From Malacoraja senta (taxonomy: Eukaryota): DNA of 64,000 nt. Both the position numbers and the translations under genes were made by a program. Positions 37,102-49,022 of this stretch are shown in pieces. The stretch lies in contig CM075987.1 of assembly GCA_038087875.1 (NCBI GenBank), forward strand, positions 26,476,001 through 26,540,000, read 5' to 3'. Numbering within the stretch: position 1 is the stretch's first letter; each line of letters opens with the position of its first letter. The notes under the pieces were generated by a model. It did no database searches and was not told where the DNA came from. It saw nothing but the letters and a program-made list of their open reading frames with translations.

Positions 37102-38188
37102 CTTCTGACACCATGTAAATTACTTCAGACTGTATAAGACTTACACACATCTTTAATCAGCACAGTAACTTGGCAGCATTACAAAACAAGGTGTTGTCAG
37201 TACATCCTAGCTGCTTCAACTAACGGTGCTGGGAATGGGCGTTAGTATAAATGTTATAATGGGGTGGAGTTAGTGATGCTGGCTAAGTGTGATTGATTCA
37301 CAAGCATCATCAATCTACATCAACTACTTCCTCTGGCAGTTTGTTCCATACACCCACCACCCTTTGTGTGAAAAAGGTACCCCTCAGAATCCTATTAAAC
37401 CTATGTCCTCTGGTTCTTGATCCCCCTACTCTGGGCACGAGACTCTGCGTCCACCCGATCTATTCTTCTAATGATTTTGTACACCTCTATCTTCTTCTTG
37501 CGTATGGCGTGCACAGCCTAAAGTTGTAGAGCAAGGATACACATCCAGGCCAGGACAGCATCAGTTACTGGGTGGGTGGCTTTGATGCCCCCAAGGAAAA
37601 AGCCTCAGTGAGCGGTCATTCACAAGAACACCTCTATAAGATCACCCCTCATCCATGGAATAGAGTCCCAGCATGTTCAACCTCTCCCTATAGCTCAGAC
37701 CTTCAAGTCCTGGCAACATCCTCGGGAATCTTCTCTGCACCCTCTCCAACATCCTTCCTCCAACACGGTGCCCAGAAATGAACACAATACTCTAGATGCA
37801 GCCTCACCAACGATATATACAACTGCAACATGACCTCCCAACTTCTATACTCAATATTCTGACTGGTGAAGGCCAATGTGAAGGGATATGATGAGGTTGT
37901 GATGGAAATCTGACCCAAAGCAGAGAAACAGACCCATCATCTGTCAGGAAGTCACCCAAGGTCAATGCTATTGTTGATCTGACAACTTCCATTGTCAACT
38001 TCTATTTTGTCAAAACAAATTCAATATCTTTTACCATCATGTCCTTTCACTGAAGGAAACTTGATTCATAATCACTTCTGACCAGACACCAATGCACTCC
38101 AATAAAATGGTCATTTTCGCCAGGTTTCGTGGTTCATATCCAAAGATCTGCATCAATTTTTCAGAAATCTTACGTTGAAGAACAGATG

Positions 38189-38508
38189 TGGGCGGCACGG
38201 TGGCGCAGCAGTAGAGTTGCTGCCTCACAGCGCCAAAGACCAAGGTTCGATCCCAACTACGGGTGCTGTCTGTACGGAGTTTGTACGTTCTCCCCGTGAC
38301 CTGCGTGGGTTTTCCTTGGATGCTGCTGTTTCCTCCCACACTCCAAAGACGTGCAGGTTTGTAGATTAATTGGCTTGTGTAAAAATTGTAAATTGTCCCT
38401 AGTGTGTGTAGGATAGTGCTAATGTGCGGGGATCGCTGGTCGATGCGGACTCGGTGGGCCAAAGGGCCAGTTTCCACGTTGTATCTCTGCACTAAACTAA
38501 ATTAAACT
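38189..38508 (+). mobile_element. Full-length HE1-like SINE
   Basis: GGGCGGCACGGTGGCGCAGC head through to the (TAAAC)n tail. Confidence 0.88.
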
Positions 38509-38787
38509 GATGGTGTTAAAACAATAATTGCAAGTGTTCATTATCTTTTGATGTTGTGAAGACATCCATTGTCACGATCTGAATCCCAAAATAGGATGTT
38601 AAAGAGGAGCCTTATAAATTGAAAGCAATCCAGAACTGTGAGGTAATGCGGGAAGGTTTTAACATTCCATTGAGCTAGATCAGTATATAAATTATAACTG
38701 TACAGTTTAGTTTAGAAATACAGCACGGAAACAGGCCCTTCGGCCCATCGAATCTTCACCGAACAGCGATCCCCGCACACTAACACC

Positions 38788-39327
38788 ATCCCAATTTGAG
38801 GAAGGACATTCTTGCTGTTGAGGGAGTGCAGCGTAGGTTTACAAGGTTAATTCCCGGGATGGCAGGACTGTCATATGCTGAGAGATTGGAGCAGCTGGGC
38901 TTGTACACTCTGGAGTTTGGAAGGATGAGAGGGCATCTCATTGAAACATATAAGATTGTCAAGGGCTTGGACACGCTAGAGGCAGGAAACATGTTCCCGA
39001 TGTTGGGGGAGTCCAGAACCAGGGGCCACAGTTTAAGAATAAGGAGTAAGCCATTTAGAACGGAGACGAGGAAACACTTTTTCTCACAGAGAGTGGTGAG
39101 TCTGTGGAATTCTCTGCCTCAGAGGGCGGTAGAGGCAGGTTCTCTGGATGCTTTCAAGAGAGCGCTAGATAGGGCTCTTAAAAATAGCGGAGTCAGGGGA
39201 TATGGGGAGAAGGCAGGAACGGGGTACTGATTGGGGATGATCAGCCATGATCACATTGAATGGCGGTGTTGGCTCAAAGGGCCAAATGGCTTACTCCTGC
39301 ACCTATTGTCTATTGTCTATTGTCTAT
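38788..39327 (+). mobile_element. CR1 3' fragment inserted in a SINE tail
   Basis: 144-aa CR1 RT C-terminus with a (CTATTGT)n tail. Confidence 0.88.
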
Positions 39328-39603
39328 ACACACTAGGGACACCAGCATCTGCAGTTCCTTCCTACACAAAATGCAGGTCCTTTTTACTAGTGTTGCATAT
39401 TTTTCCAAATTATCCACAATGTAAAAGCAAAGAGGTGAGAACTCTAGGCTTGATCTATAAAAATTCTAATTCCTTACATTACGGAAAGGGTGCTGGGTGT
39501 TTTAAATTGACTTTGGCACTTATATTGGCTCCTCATTTAACAATATTTCCAGCATCTGCAGTTCCTTGTGACACACTTTGCAGAACCACACAGATGAGGC
39601 TAA

Positions 39604-39737
39604 AGGGCCAGTATAGTCGTGAGAGGTCTCCAAAGAGTCGTAGCGTCTTTCTGGTCACCGCTGAATGTTCAACATGTTGAAAATTTCGGCGACCTATGAA
39701 ATTTGCCTGTAAAGGTCGCGTAAGTGGGACAGGCCCT
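39604..39737. mobile_element. Short internally deleted Harbinger-type MITE
   Basis: TAA-AGGGCC ... AGTGGGACAGGCCCT-TAA. Confidence 0.65.
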
Positions 39738-41910
39738 TAACAATACAGTATAGAAGGAAAATATTTGTGTTTCCCTTTCAATTTATGTTCAAATACCTCA
39801 TTGGAGACCCTTGGGACTTCACTGGCCTTCATCTTGCCCTAAACTTTATTCCCTTATCATGTGTAGGAAGGAACTGCAGATGCTGGTTTAAATCGAAGAT
39901 CGACACAAAAAGCTGGAGTAACTCAGCAGGACAGGCAGCATCTCCGGAACGGAGGAAAGGGTGACGTTTCGGGTCGAGACCCTTCTTCAGACGGGTTAGG
40001 GATAAGGGCAATGAGAGATATAGACGTTACCTTTATCAGCGTTACTTTTTTGCATATCTTTCATTCATTGCTCTTTTTCCCTCTACATCATAGTCTATAT
40101 CTCTCGTTTCCCTTATCCCTAACCAGTCTGAAGAAGGGTCTCGACCCAAAACGTCACTCACTCCTTCTCTCCAGAGATGCTGCCTGTCCCGCTGAGTTAC
40201 TCCAGCTTTTTTGTGTCCATTTTCCTTTATCATATATCCAAATTAAATTGAATACTTGATTGTCACATGTGACAAGTCAAAGTGAATATTCCTCGCCTGC
40301 CAAGGTATACAAATAGTCGCTATATAAAGGGCGCTTACAAGTTACAAACTCCCCACACCTCCCCGTGCCAGTTTCCCCTTTGTTCTTACTCCTCCCTCAC
40401 TGCGGTCTCCCCCCACATTGGGTCCTCCATTGCCCATCTGTAAACTGTGGACGGCTCAATTGTGATCATGTATTGTCTTTCCGCTGAATGGTTAGCACGC
40501 AACAAAAGCTTTTCACTCGGTACACGTGACAATCAACTAAAACTGAAATAAAATTATAAAACAAAGGCAGGCTGACAAATGCGGTATGAATCAAGGAATT
40601 CTAAGGATGTTCGAAATGGCAGAATAAAAGCTACCTGACCCTCTCAATTACAGATTGTATCCCCTGGTCTACCATCTGTTACTGTTTCTAAATATATCCA
40701 GGAGACATTTCTCCTTGCGAGATCCAGTGAACCCAGAAAGCTGCTCAAACACGATTCAATTACAAGAGCGTGTCGGAAGGAACTGCAGATTTTAGTTTTT
40801 TAGTTTAGCGATACAGCACGGAAACAGGTCCTTCGTCCCACCGAGTCTGCACCGACCGGCGATCCCCGCACACTAACACTATCCTACACACAGTAAGGAC
40901 AATTCACACTTATACCAAACCGATTACCCTACAAACCTGTACGTCTTTGGAGTGTGGGAAGAAACCAAAGATCTCGGAGAAAACCCACGTGGTCACGGGG
41001 AGAACGTACAAACTCCACACAGACAGCACCTGTGGTCGGGATCGAACCTGGGTCTCTGGCGCTGTGAGGCAGCAACTCTACCGCTGCGCCACCGTGCTGC
41101 CGTAAACCTAAGATAAACACAAGATGCTGGAGTAACTCAGCGGGACAGGCAGCATCTCTGGAGAGAAGGGATGGGTCGTCTGACGAAGGGTCTCGACCCG
41201 AAACGTCACCCATTCCTTCTCTCCAGAGATGCTGCCTGTCCCGCTGAGTTACTCCAGCATCTTGTGTCCATCTTCAATCACAAGAGCTGGCCGTCCGCGA
41301 ACAAAATCCCAAAGCAGCATTACCGACATCCCACACAGGAATCATCCATCTGTATAAAAACCAACAGGCCAAGTAAATCGACTTAGCCATCTGAAAAACA
41401 ATGCAAATTGTGCAAGCTTGGGTTCCATTGTAAGCAGGATAAAATGTACAATGTGAATACTTCCGACCCCCAGGGCAGGGATTCAAGGAAGCACTGTCAG
41501 AGTTTGATGGAGGGTGAATCAGTTTTCTAATGACAGGATTGATTGAGAACACTGAATGTACCCCACTTAGAAACCCAAACAGTTTACTGTTTTAGAGATT
41601 CAGTGCAGAAACAGGCCCTTCAGCCCACCAAGTCCGTGCCGGCCAGCGACCCCTGTACACCAGCACTATCCTACACACAAGGGACAATTTACAATCAGTT
41701 TCAGTTCAGTTTAGTTTATTGTCACGTGTACCGTGGTACAGTGAAAAGCTTTTGTTGCGTGCTAACCAGTTAGTGGAAAGACAATACATGATTACAATCG
41801 AGCCGTTTACATGATAAGGGAATAACATTTAGTGCAAGGTAAACGCAGCAAAGTCCGATCAAAGATAGTCTGAGGGTCAGCACTGCTCTCTAGTTGTGGT
41901 AGGATGGTTC

Positions 41911-42854
41911 TTAGGCCCCCTTCGGTCATGGCTGATCATGTGTGTCTTCAGGGTGCTATTCCCTATATGGAGGATGCCTGTGCGTGACTTTGTGTAACGT
42001 GGGGAGACTGGTGCACAGACAGCCACCCCACGGTCCTTGACAGATCTGGGTCAGGATCCAGTGGCGTGGAGTCCAAGACAACCGGAGACCCTTTTCTGCT
42101 GCAGCCTTCATCCGCCTTCCCAGCCGTTGTGACGCTCCACTAAGGTCAGCCATCGTCCTCCGCCTGTTCCACCGTTGAGGTCTTGGTTGGATTGGCTCTT
42201 TGTCAGAGACCTCCCCCTCTACCTCACCGCCATGGGTGGCCCTACCAGGAGCAGAGCTCCAGACGGCATCGCTCTCAGGATCTCAGGTCCACACAAGCTT
42301 CTCCACCACGACAAGGTGACAATCCATGTTATACCAACTATTAAAATGTGGATTAGGAATATGACGGACATAGCACACCTTGAAGAAATGAGACTCCGCC
42401 TAATAGATAAATATGACCAATTTTTAAGGAGTTGGTCCCCTTTCATCGACTTTTTGGAATCATGTGGTGCAGCAGTACCGTAAAGATTACTGATTTCAGA
42501 TCAGGTCGTGGATAGATTTACATCTCCAAACAAAGATTTGAAAATTTCTTTTTTAAGGGTCTTTTTCTACTATTTCTACTTTCTATTTTTTCTTTTCTTA
42601 TATACACACTTCACGTTTTTCTATTTTCTATTTATTTTTCCTCTTTCTTCTCTCTATTTTTTTCTTTCTTTTTTAAAACTTTTTACCTCCTTTTCAAAAA
42701 CATAAAACTAGAGGTTGTACATAGAATGCATTACGTTATGACATAGTTGGCACCTAAAATTAGGTGCCACTGTATTGTTTTGTATTGTATTAACTTCTAA
42801 TAAAATAAACAAAAACAAAAAAAACAAAAACAAAAAAAGGTGACAATCCACGGA
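41911..42854. mobile_element. RTE/Expander-like fragment containing an L1 3' end (42327-42836, +)
   Basis: The L1 end (MWIRNMTDIAHLEEMR, poly-A) has TSD AAGGTGACAATCCA at 42313-42326 and 42837-42850. The outer element is flanked by GATGGTTC at 41903-41910 and 42855-42862. The RTE assignment is from recall. Confidence 0.7.
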
Positions 42855-43399
42855 GATGGTTCAGTTGCCTGATAACAGTTCGGTAGAAACTGTTCGTGAA
42901 TCTGGAGGTGTGCATTTTCACACTTCTATACCTTTTGACCGATGGGAGAGGGGAGAAGAGGGAGTGGCCGGGGTGCGACTGGTCCTTGTTTATCCTGCTG
43001 GCCTTGCCGAGGCAGCGTGAGGTGTAGATGGAGTCAATGGAAGGGAGGTAGTTTAGTGTGATGGTGAAACTGTAGACCTTTAGACTTTAGAGATAGCACA
43101 GGCCCTTCAGCCCACCGAGACCGTGCTGACCAGCGATCCCCGCACGCTGCACTAAACCCTACACACTGGGGACAATTTACATTTTATTTTAGACCAACGC
43201 CAAATCAACTGACAAACCTGCACGTCTTTAGAGTGTGGGAGGAAACCGGAGCACCCGGTGAAAACCCACGCAGTCACGGGGAGAATTTACAAACTCCGTA
43301 TAGACAACACCCGTAGTCAGGATGAAACTCAGGTCTCTGGCGCTGTAAGGTAGTAACTCTACCACGGCGCCATCGTGCCGCCCTGACTCCAATTTACAT

Positions 43400-43780
43400 T
43401 GGACATGGTCAGCTTACAACCCAGTGGTATGAATATTGATTTCTCTATCTTCAAGTAACCCCTGCATCCAATCTCTCTCCATCCCTCCCCCACCCTAGTC
43501 ATCCTACTAGTTTCACTGTCATGCTGTTGAGTTCCACTCTCTGTATAACTCCTTATCACCTATCGCACAGCCAACAACAGACCATTGTGGGCTCCACATT
43601 TCCTTGATTATTGTTGCTTTCTGCATATCCTGCATTCATTTGTCCTAAGTACCTCTATATCTCTCATTCCCCTTGCCCCCTGACTCTGTCTGGAGAAGGG
43701 TCTCTGAGCCGAAACGTCACCCATTCCTTCTCTCCAGAGATGCTGCCTGTCCCGCTGAGTTACTCCAGCATTTGCTGCCT
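43400..43780 (+). mobile_element. Penelope-like element 3' end
   Basis: Encodes LQPSGMNIDFS-like GIY-YIG C-terminus, followed by a degenerate CTGGAGA..GAAACGTC core and the short repeat. Confidence 0.65.
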
Positions 43781-44545
43781 GTCTCCAATTTACATTTGTC
43801 CATTTTCCTTGGCAACCAATTTAAAAATGATTGAATTCCACTAAATTCACCAGGAGGTGATGGTTTAATATTTAATAAACAACATATTTTTATTATATGA
43901 CAACTTTTACAGTAAAACATCCCAAGGCATCGGAAAGGATGTTTATCAAATACAATTTGTTGCAAAGCTATATATTAAGAAAGAGATGCTAAAGAAGGGG
44001 TGGTATGGTGGCGCAGCGGTAGAGTTGCTGCCTTGCAGCGCCAGAGACCCGGGTTGAATCCTGACCACGGGCGCTCTCTGTACGGAGTTTGTACGTTCTC
44101 CCCGTGACCTGCGTGAGTTTTCTCCGAGACCTTCGGTTTCCTCCCACACTCCTAAGACGTACAGGTTTGTAGGTTATTTCGATTGGTATAAATGTAAATT
44201 GTCCCTAGTGTGTGTGTGTGTAGGTTAGTGCTGATGTGCGGGGATCGCTGGTCGGTGCGGACTCGATGGGCTGAAGGGCCTGTTTCCACGCTGTATCTCT
44301 AAACTAGACTAAGCTAAAAGCCTTGGCAGCTAGTTTTTTCAGTCTTGCTAAATGACAAGTTACACGGGGGCTTTCATGTACCAGAAGCTGGTTGACGTAC
44401 AGTAATCCTGGAAATCAAAATCCATCATTGGTTAAATCAGCTATCGCTCGTCCAGTTTGAGCGCCGGTGCTAATAAAATGGAATTACAGAAAATCTTGAA
44501 GCCACGGAATTACTTAAACAGAGATGTCAGCTTGACATTTTTTTT

Positions 44546-44849
44546 TAGTTTAGTTTAGTTTAGAGATGCAGCGCGGAAACAGGCCCTTCGGCCCACCGAG
44601 TCCGCGCCGACCAGCGATCCCCGCACATTAACACTATCCTACACACACTAGGGACAATTTAAACACACACCAAGACAAACCTGTACGTCTTTGGAGTGTG
44701 GGAGGACATTGAAGGTCTCAGAGAAAACCAACGCAGGTCACGGGGAGAACGTACAAACTGTGCACAGACAGGCACCCGTAATCGGGATCGAACCCGGGTC
44801 TCTGGCGCTGCAAGACAGCAGCTCTACCGCTGCTCCACCGTGCCGCCCA
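44546..44849 (-). mobile_element. HE1-like SINE flanked by a ~150-bp direct duplication
   Basis: SINE motifs; flanks at about 44390-44540 and 44852-44998 are homologous. Confidence 0.85.
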
Positions 44850-45896
44850 TATTGGTTGACGTAATCCTTGAAATCAAAATCCATCGTTGCCTAATCAGAT
44901 ATCGCTGGTGCAGTTTGAGTGGCGGTGCTAACGAAATAGAATTACAGAAAATCTTGAAGCCGCGGAATTATTTAAACAGAGATGTCAGCTTGACATTCCT
45001 CATCATTTAATGCACCTAAACCCATCCGAATTCCATTAGTGTCAACCCCTATATCGTCTGACATGACGTGGGTTATCTGATCATCGTTCAGCAAAAACTC
45101 CTCCATAGTGCCGGGCCTCACAGATCTTGACGTATAATTGCCAGGTAAACGCTGGTTTTTATTTTGGCAAACTGTCCAAAAGGTGATTCAGTTGATCTGG
45201 TATGCATCTGCTCCAGTCCACTATGAAATATCAATTTTCTTTCTCAGCCTGATATTAACTCAAACTGATGGAAGAATGAAGGACGGTTTCGTTACAGCGC
45301 TGCGTCTTTTATCTTCGTTTCCCTCTGTCACAACATGCCATTTCTCTTTTAAATTCTCAAGTGTGTATCCCCTTTCACAGTCGCTCTATTTCTCTGAGCT
45401 TCTCAGCTTTTACAACTCTCTTTCACTCTGTGTTCTTCCATTAGTGGCCTTGCTTGATTTTTATCGCTGGCATCTCAATTGTTTTCGTTTTAGAGGTACA
45501 GTTCAGAAACAGGCCCTTCAGGCCACCAAGTCCGTGCCAACCAGCGATCCCTTTACTATCCAACACACTCGGGACAATTTACGATCAGTTTCAGTTCAGT
45601 TTAGTTTATTGTCACGTGTACCGAGGAACAGTGAAAACCTTTTTGTTGCCTGCTAACCAGCCAGCGGAAAGACAATACATGATTACAATCGAGGCATTTA
45701 CAGTGTGCAGATAGATGATAAGGGAATAACGTTTAGTGCAAGGTAAAGCCAGCAAAATCCGATCAAAGATAGTCGCTACTGAAGCCAATTAACCTACAAA
45801 CCTGTACGTCTTTGGATAGTGGGGGGAAACCGGAGCACCTGGAGAAAACCCACATAGTCATAGTGAGAACGTACAAACTCCGTACAGACAGCACCC

Positions 45897-46292
45897 GGTT
45901 TCAGAACCGGGTGAGGGTTGGGTAAAGTTATTAAATAGGTTAATCTCTCTCTTAATCTCTCTCTTTTTTTTTCCTTCCTTTTTTTTTCTCGACTTCTTTT
46001 TCCTACTGTTTTTTTTTTTTTTCTTTACCATTTTCTACCTTTTTGTTTACCTGTTTCTTTCTTCGGGCTTTCTTAACTATTTCACGAACTAACACTTTCA
46101 CCACTTTTTACGATCCTCTCTTTTCCCCTCTATCTTTCTTATCTTCATTTTCTGTTTCATTGTTAAATTAAAAATAAGAAGTTGTACATGAACTGTAACA
46201 TCTCAGTGTGTATTAGGTACTTATGTACTACAATATTGTACTTACTTCTAATAAAAATAAATTAAAAAAAAAAAAAAAAATTTAAATAAAAA
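45897..46292 (+). mobile_element. L1 3' UTR fragment with poly-A tail, inserted in a SINE
   Basis: T-rich UTR with an ACTTCTAATAAAA end shared with the other two L1 ends; AGACAGCAC/AGAGAGCAC flanks. Confidence 0.7.
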
Positions 46293-46872
46293 GAGAGCAC
46301 TTGTAATCAGGATCAAACCCGGATCTGTGGCACAGCGAGACTGAGCAACTCTACCGCTGCACCACCGTGCCGCCTTTATAGTCGGCAATAAAGGACACGC
46401 CTTATTGGTTCTTTATTGTCACGTGTACACACGAATGCGCAGACGCCAGAATGTTGTCACTGCTTAGAAAAAGAAAACAAACTGCAAAAAGTCCAAAGTG
46501 CAAAGTCCAAAGTTGCAACGTGCTGGAAGTCCTGCGGCACCCCCGATCCAGGTAAGCCCAGGTAACCCCAGGTAAGCCTGATATCCCTCTGCTTCTTCAA
46601 AATGCTCCTTAAAGATCAAATGTTTCATCAAGCCTTTGTTTCATATTTAAAGAGGCAGACAGTACGGAAACAGGCCCTTCAGCCACAAAGGACCGTTTCC
46701 TTTATCATCGTCACTTTTTTCCATATCTTTCATACATTTGATCCACATCTCTCTACATCACCGCCTGTATATCTCTCGTTTCCCTTTCCCCTGACAGACA
46801 GCGGGACAGGCAGCATCTCCGGAGAGAAGGAATAGGTGACATTTCGGGTCGAGAGCCTTCTTCAGATTGAGA

Positions 46873-48046
46873 TAAGTTCGCCAACTCTCCCGTAGTAGCC
46901 GGGACGTCCCGTATATTGGGCTAAATTGGTTTGTCTCGTACGGGACAGACCTTGTCCCGTACTTGACTACTACTGCTCGGGTTGAGGGAACTGTCGGGTT
47001 GGAGCGCCGCGTCCGGCCCCGCCTCACCGGTCCTGCCCAGCCAGCTGTCCGACCTTCAGACCTTCACTTACCGCCGACACCACTGTTAATCCTGGCCAGA
47101 TTGGAGAGGCTAGGACTCTAAACTTGAGTAAAGGCTTCAGGGCTGCTGGGACATTTGGTCAATTTGAAAGTGCTCTCTGTAGAAATGGGACAAGGTGCAG
47201 AATGGTGCCAGTTTGTCTAGAGCCTAGATCCGAGCTGCAGGAAGAGAATGGGAACATCTGCAGACCCTGGCAATTAGGTGCAAAATGCACCTAATTGTAA
47301 ATAATGTTGCAAAGCTTTATGTTACTGAATGTTGATTGGATGAGGTATTGAGCCTTGTCTGGTTTTCTTGCATATCAGGGTAAATGTTGTGAAGTTCGCT
47401 TCCTCTGAGAAACACTGTTTGAATACAATGTATTAGCCACTGTATTATTGGGTTAGGGAAATGTCTGTCATGTACGGGGTTAATCGATATCTGTAATTGG
47501 ATTGTAAAGAGACCACCCCCATGTGGTTCAGCCCCTCGAGATCCAGGGACCTATGAAAGTCCGCTGCCACGAGGTCCCGCGTCGATCTTCTGGGAGAGCG
47601 CTTGGGACTGCGTGACCTTCTGGAGTGTCTCTGTGTGAGCGAGGCCTAGAGGGCTTGATCAGGCAGATACGAGGATCGAACCCGCGGTGGTTAGGTACAG
47701 TAGTTGGAACTGTAATTGTGTTTTGTCAAAATAAAGAATATTTGCGCAAGTGCTTGATTCAGTGGTTTTTGACTGAAACTAGACTGGGGGGAAGCTTAGA
47801 ACGAGGTATTTACAGCACCACCCCTCCTTCTCATGGCCGATCATCGGTTCATGAATTGGATGGGGCGCCGGACTTTGCGCGTGACGTCGCGCGGGCCAAA
47901 ACTCCTCAGCTGGCCCGCCGGCTGGGCTTTGCGTGCAGTCCAGCACCCGGGCCAACTCATCATTCACCCAGCCACGGCCGAGTCTGTCAACGAATTGCCG
48001 TTGGGATTTTGTCCCTTATTTGGGAGTGAGAAAGTTGGCAACTCTA
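46873..48046. mobile_element. hAT-like non-autonomous DNA transposon carrying a nested solo LTR
   Basis: Ends TAAGTTCGCCAACT and AGTTGGCAACTCTA (TAGGGTTGCCAAC-type TIR). 8-bp TSD GATTGAGA at 46865-46872 and 48047-48054. Confidence 0.75.
47084..47814 (+). mobile_element. Solo LTR (731 bp), same family as 7422-8183
   Basis: TGTTAATCCTGGCCA...TATTTACA, flanks CCAC/GCAC, colinear with the first copy. Confidence 0.88.
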
Positions 48047-48362
48047 GATTGAGAGTCGGGGGAAAGATAAACGAGCGATATAGACGGTGATTTATATATA
48101 GATGAATGAAAGATATGTAAAAAAGTTAGGATGATAAAGGAAACAGGCCATTGTTATCTGTGGGCTAGGTGAAAATGAGTTACAGACAACGAGACTCAAC
48201 AAGACGACTTTGAAGCTGGTAATATGATTGGGGGAGGAGGGACAGAGAGAGAGGGGATGCAAGAGAAATCAATATTCATACCGCTGGGTTGTAAGCTGCG
48301 CTGGTCCCATGTAAATTGCAGTCAGGGCGGCAAGGTGGCGCAGCAGTAGAGTTACTGCCTTA

Positions 48363-48689
48363 AGCCCCTGTTCCACTGTACGAGGTCATTCACGAGTTTT
48401 CCCCTGATTCGAACTCGGAGAATGTCCGTAGCGGGTCTGTAGGAGTTCGTGGATGTCTCGTAGCGGCTCGTAATGCTAACGGTAGGTACTCGGGACATCC
48501 GGTAAATTCGTGACGTTTTTTCATCCATGTAAAAAATGTCCACGAGTAAAAAAATACTCGTGATGATAAAAATCATTACTTTTTACTCGTACGAGCCGCT
48601 ACGAGACATCACTACGGACATTCTCCGAGTTCGAATCAAGGGAAACTCGGGAGAACTCTTGAATTACCTCGTACAGTGGGACAGGGGCT
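48363..48689. mobile_element. PIF/Harbinger-type MITE
   Basis: TIRs AGCCCCTGTTCCACTGTACGAGG and CCTCGTACAGTGGGACAGGGGCT; TTA TSD. Confidence 0.8.
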
Positions 48690-48724
48690 TTACAGCTCCA
48701 GAGACTCGGGTCCAATCCTGGCTA

Positions 48725-49022
48725 AAGGTCCTGTCCCACTGTACGAGGTAATTCAAGAGTTCTTCAGAGTTTCCCTTGATTCGAACCAGGAGAATTACGG
48801 TAATAGCCGTTCGTAGGTACTCGGGGCTCTCGTGGACATTTTTCACAGCGCTGAAAAAGCTTCACGAGTTACCGCGTTTCCCGAGTACCTGCCGTCAGCG
48901 TTACGAGCCGCTACGAGACATCCACGAGCTCCGACGTAGCCGCTACGTACATTCTAGGAATTTGATTTTTTTTTAAAGTCGGGAGAGCTCTTGAATTAGC
49001 TCCTACAGTGGGACAGGACCTT
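48725..49022. mobile_element. PIF/Harbinger-type MITE (second insertion in the same SINE head)
   Basis: TIRs AAGGTCCTGTCCCACTGTA and TACAGTGGGACAGGACCTT. Confidence 0.75.

Larger units (their letters stand above)
35426..37319. mobile_element. Rearranged Ty3/Gypsy LTR retrotransposon (LTRs 35426-35626 and 37114-37319; gag-protease-RT start in between)
   Basis: Two ~200-bp direct repeats, TSD TCAAT/TCAAC, gag zinc knuckle CPNCGYLHNRQSTC, protease KLDTGA, RT start IRLCINPKDLNTVIKRPHHP. PBS-like TGGTGTCAGAAG lies on the minus strand at 37113-37102. Confidence 0.9.

Noticed and set aside
38189..38265. tRNA genes at the GGTGGCGCAGC...GGTTCGATCC motifs
   Set aside because: These are SINE heads that continue into the SINE core and CR1-type tail.
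45138..45656. 172-aa hydrophobic ORF
   Set aside because: No ATG start, no recognisable homology, and its 3' half runs through SINE and Rex1-type repeat sequence.
7422..47814. A single 40-kb LTR element bounded by the two LTRs
   Set aside because: Each LTR has its own TSD, and there is no PBS, PPT or matching internal sequence adjacent to either.
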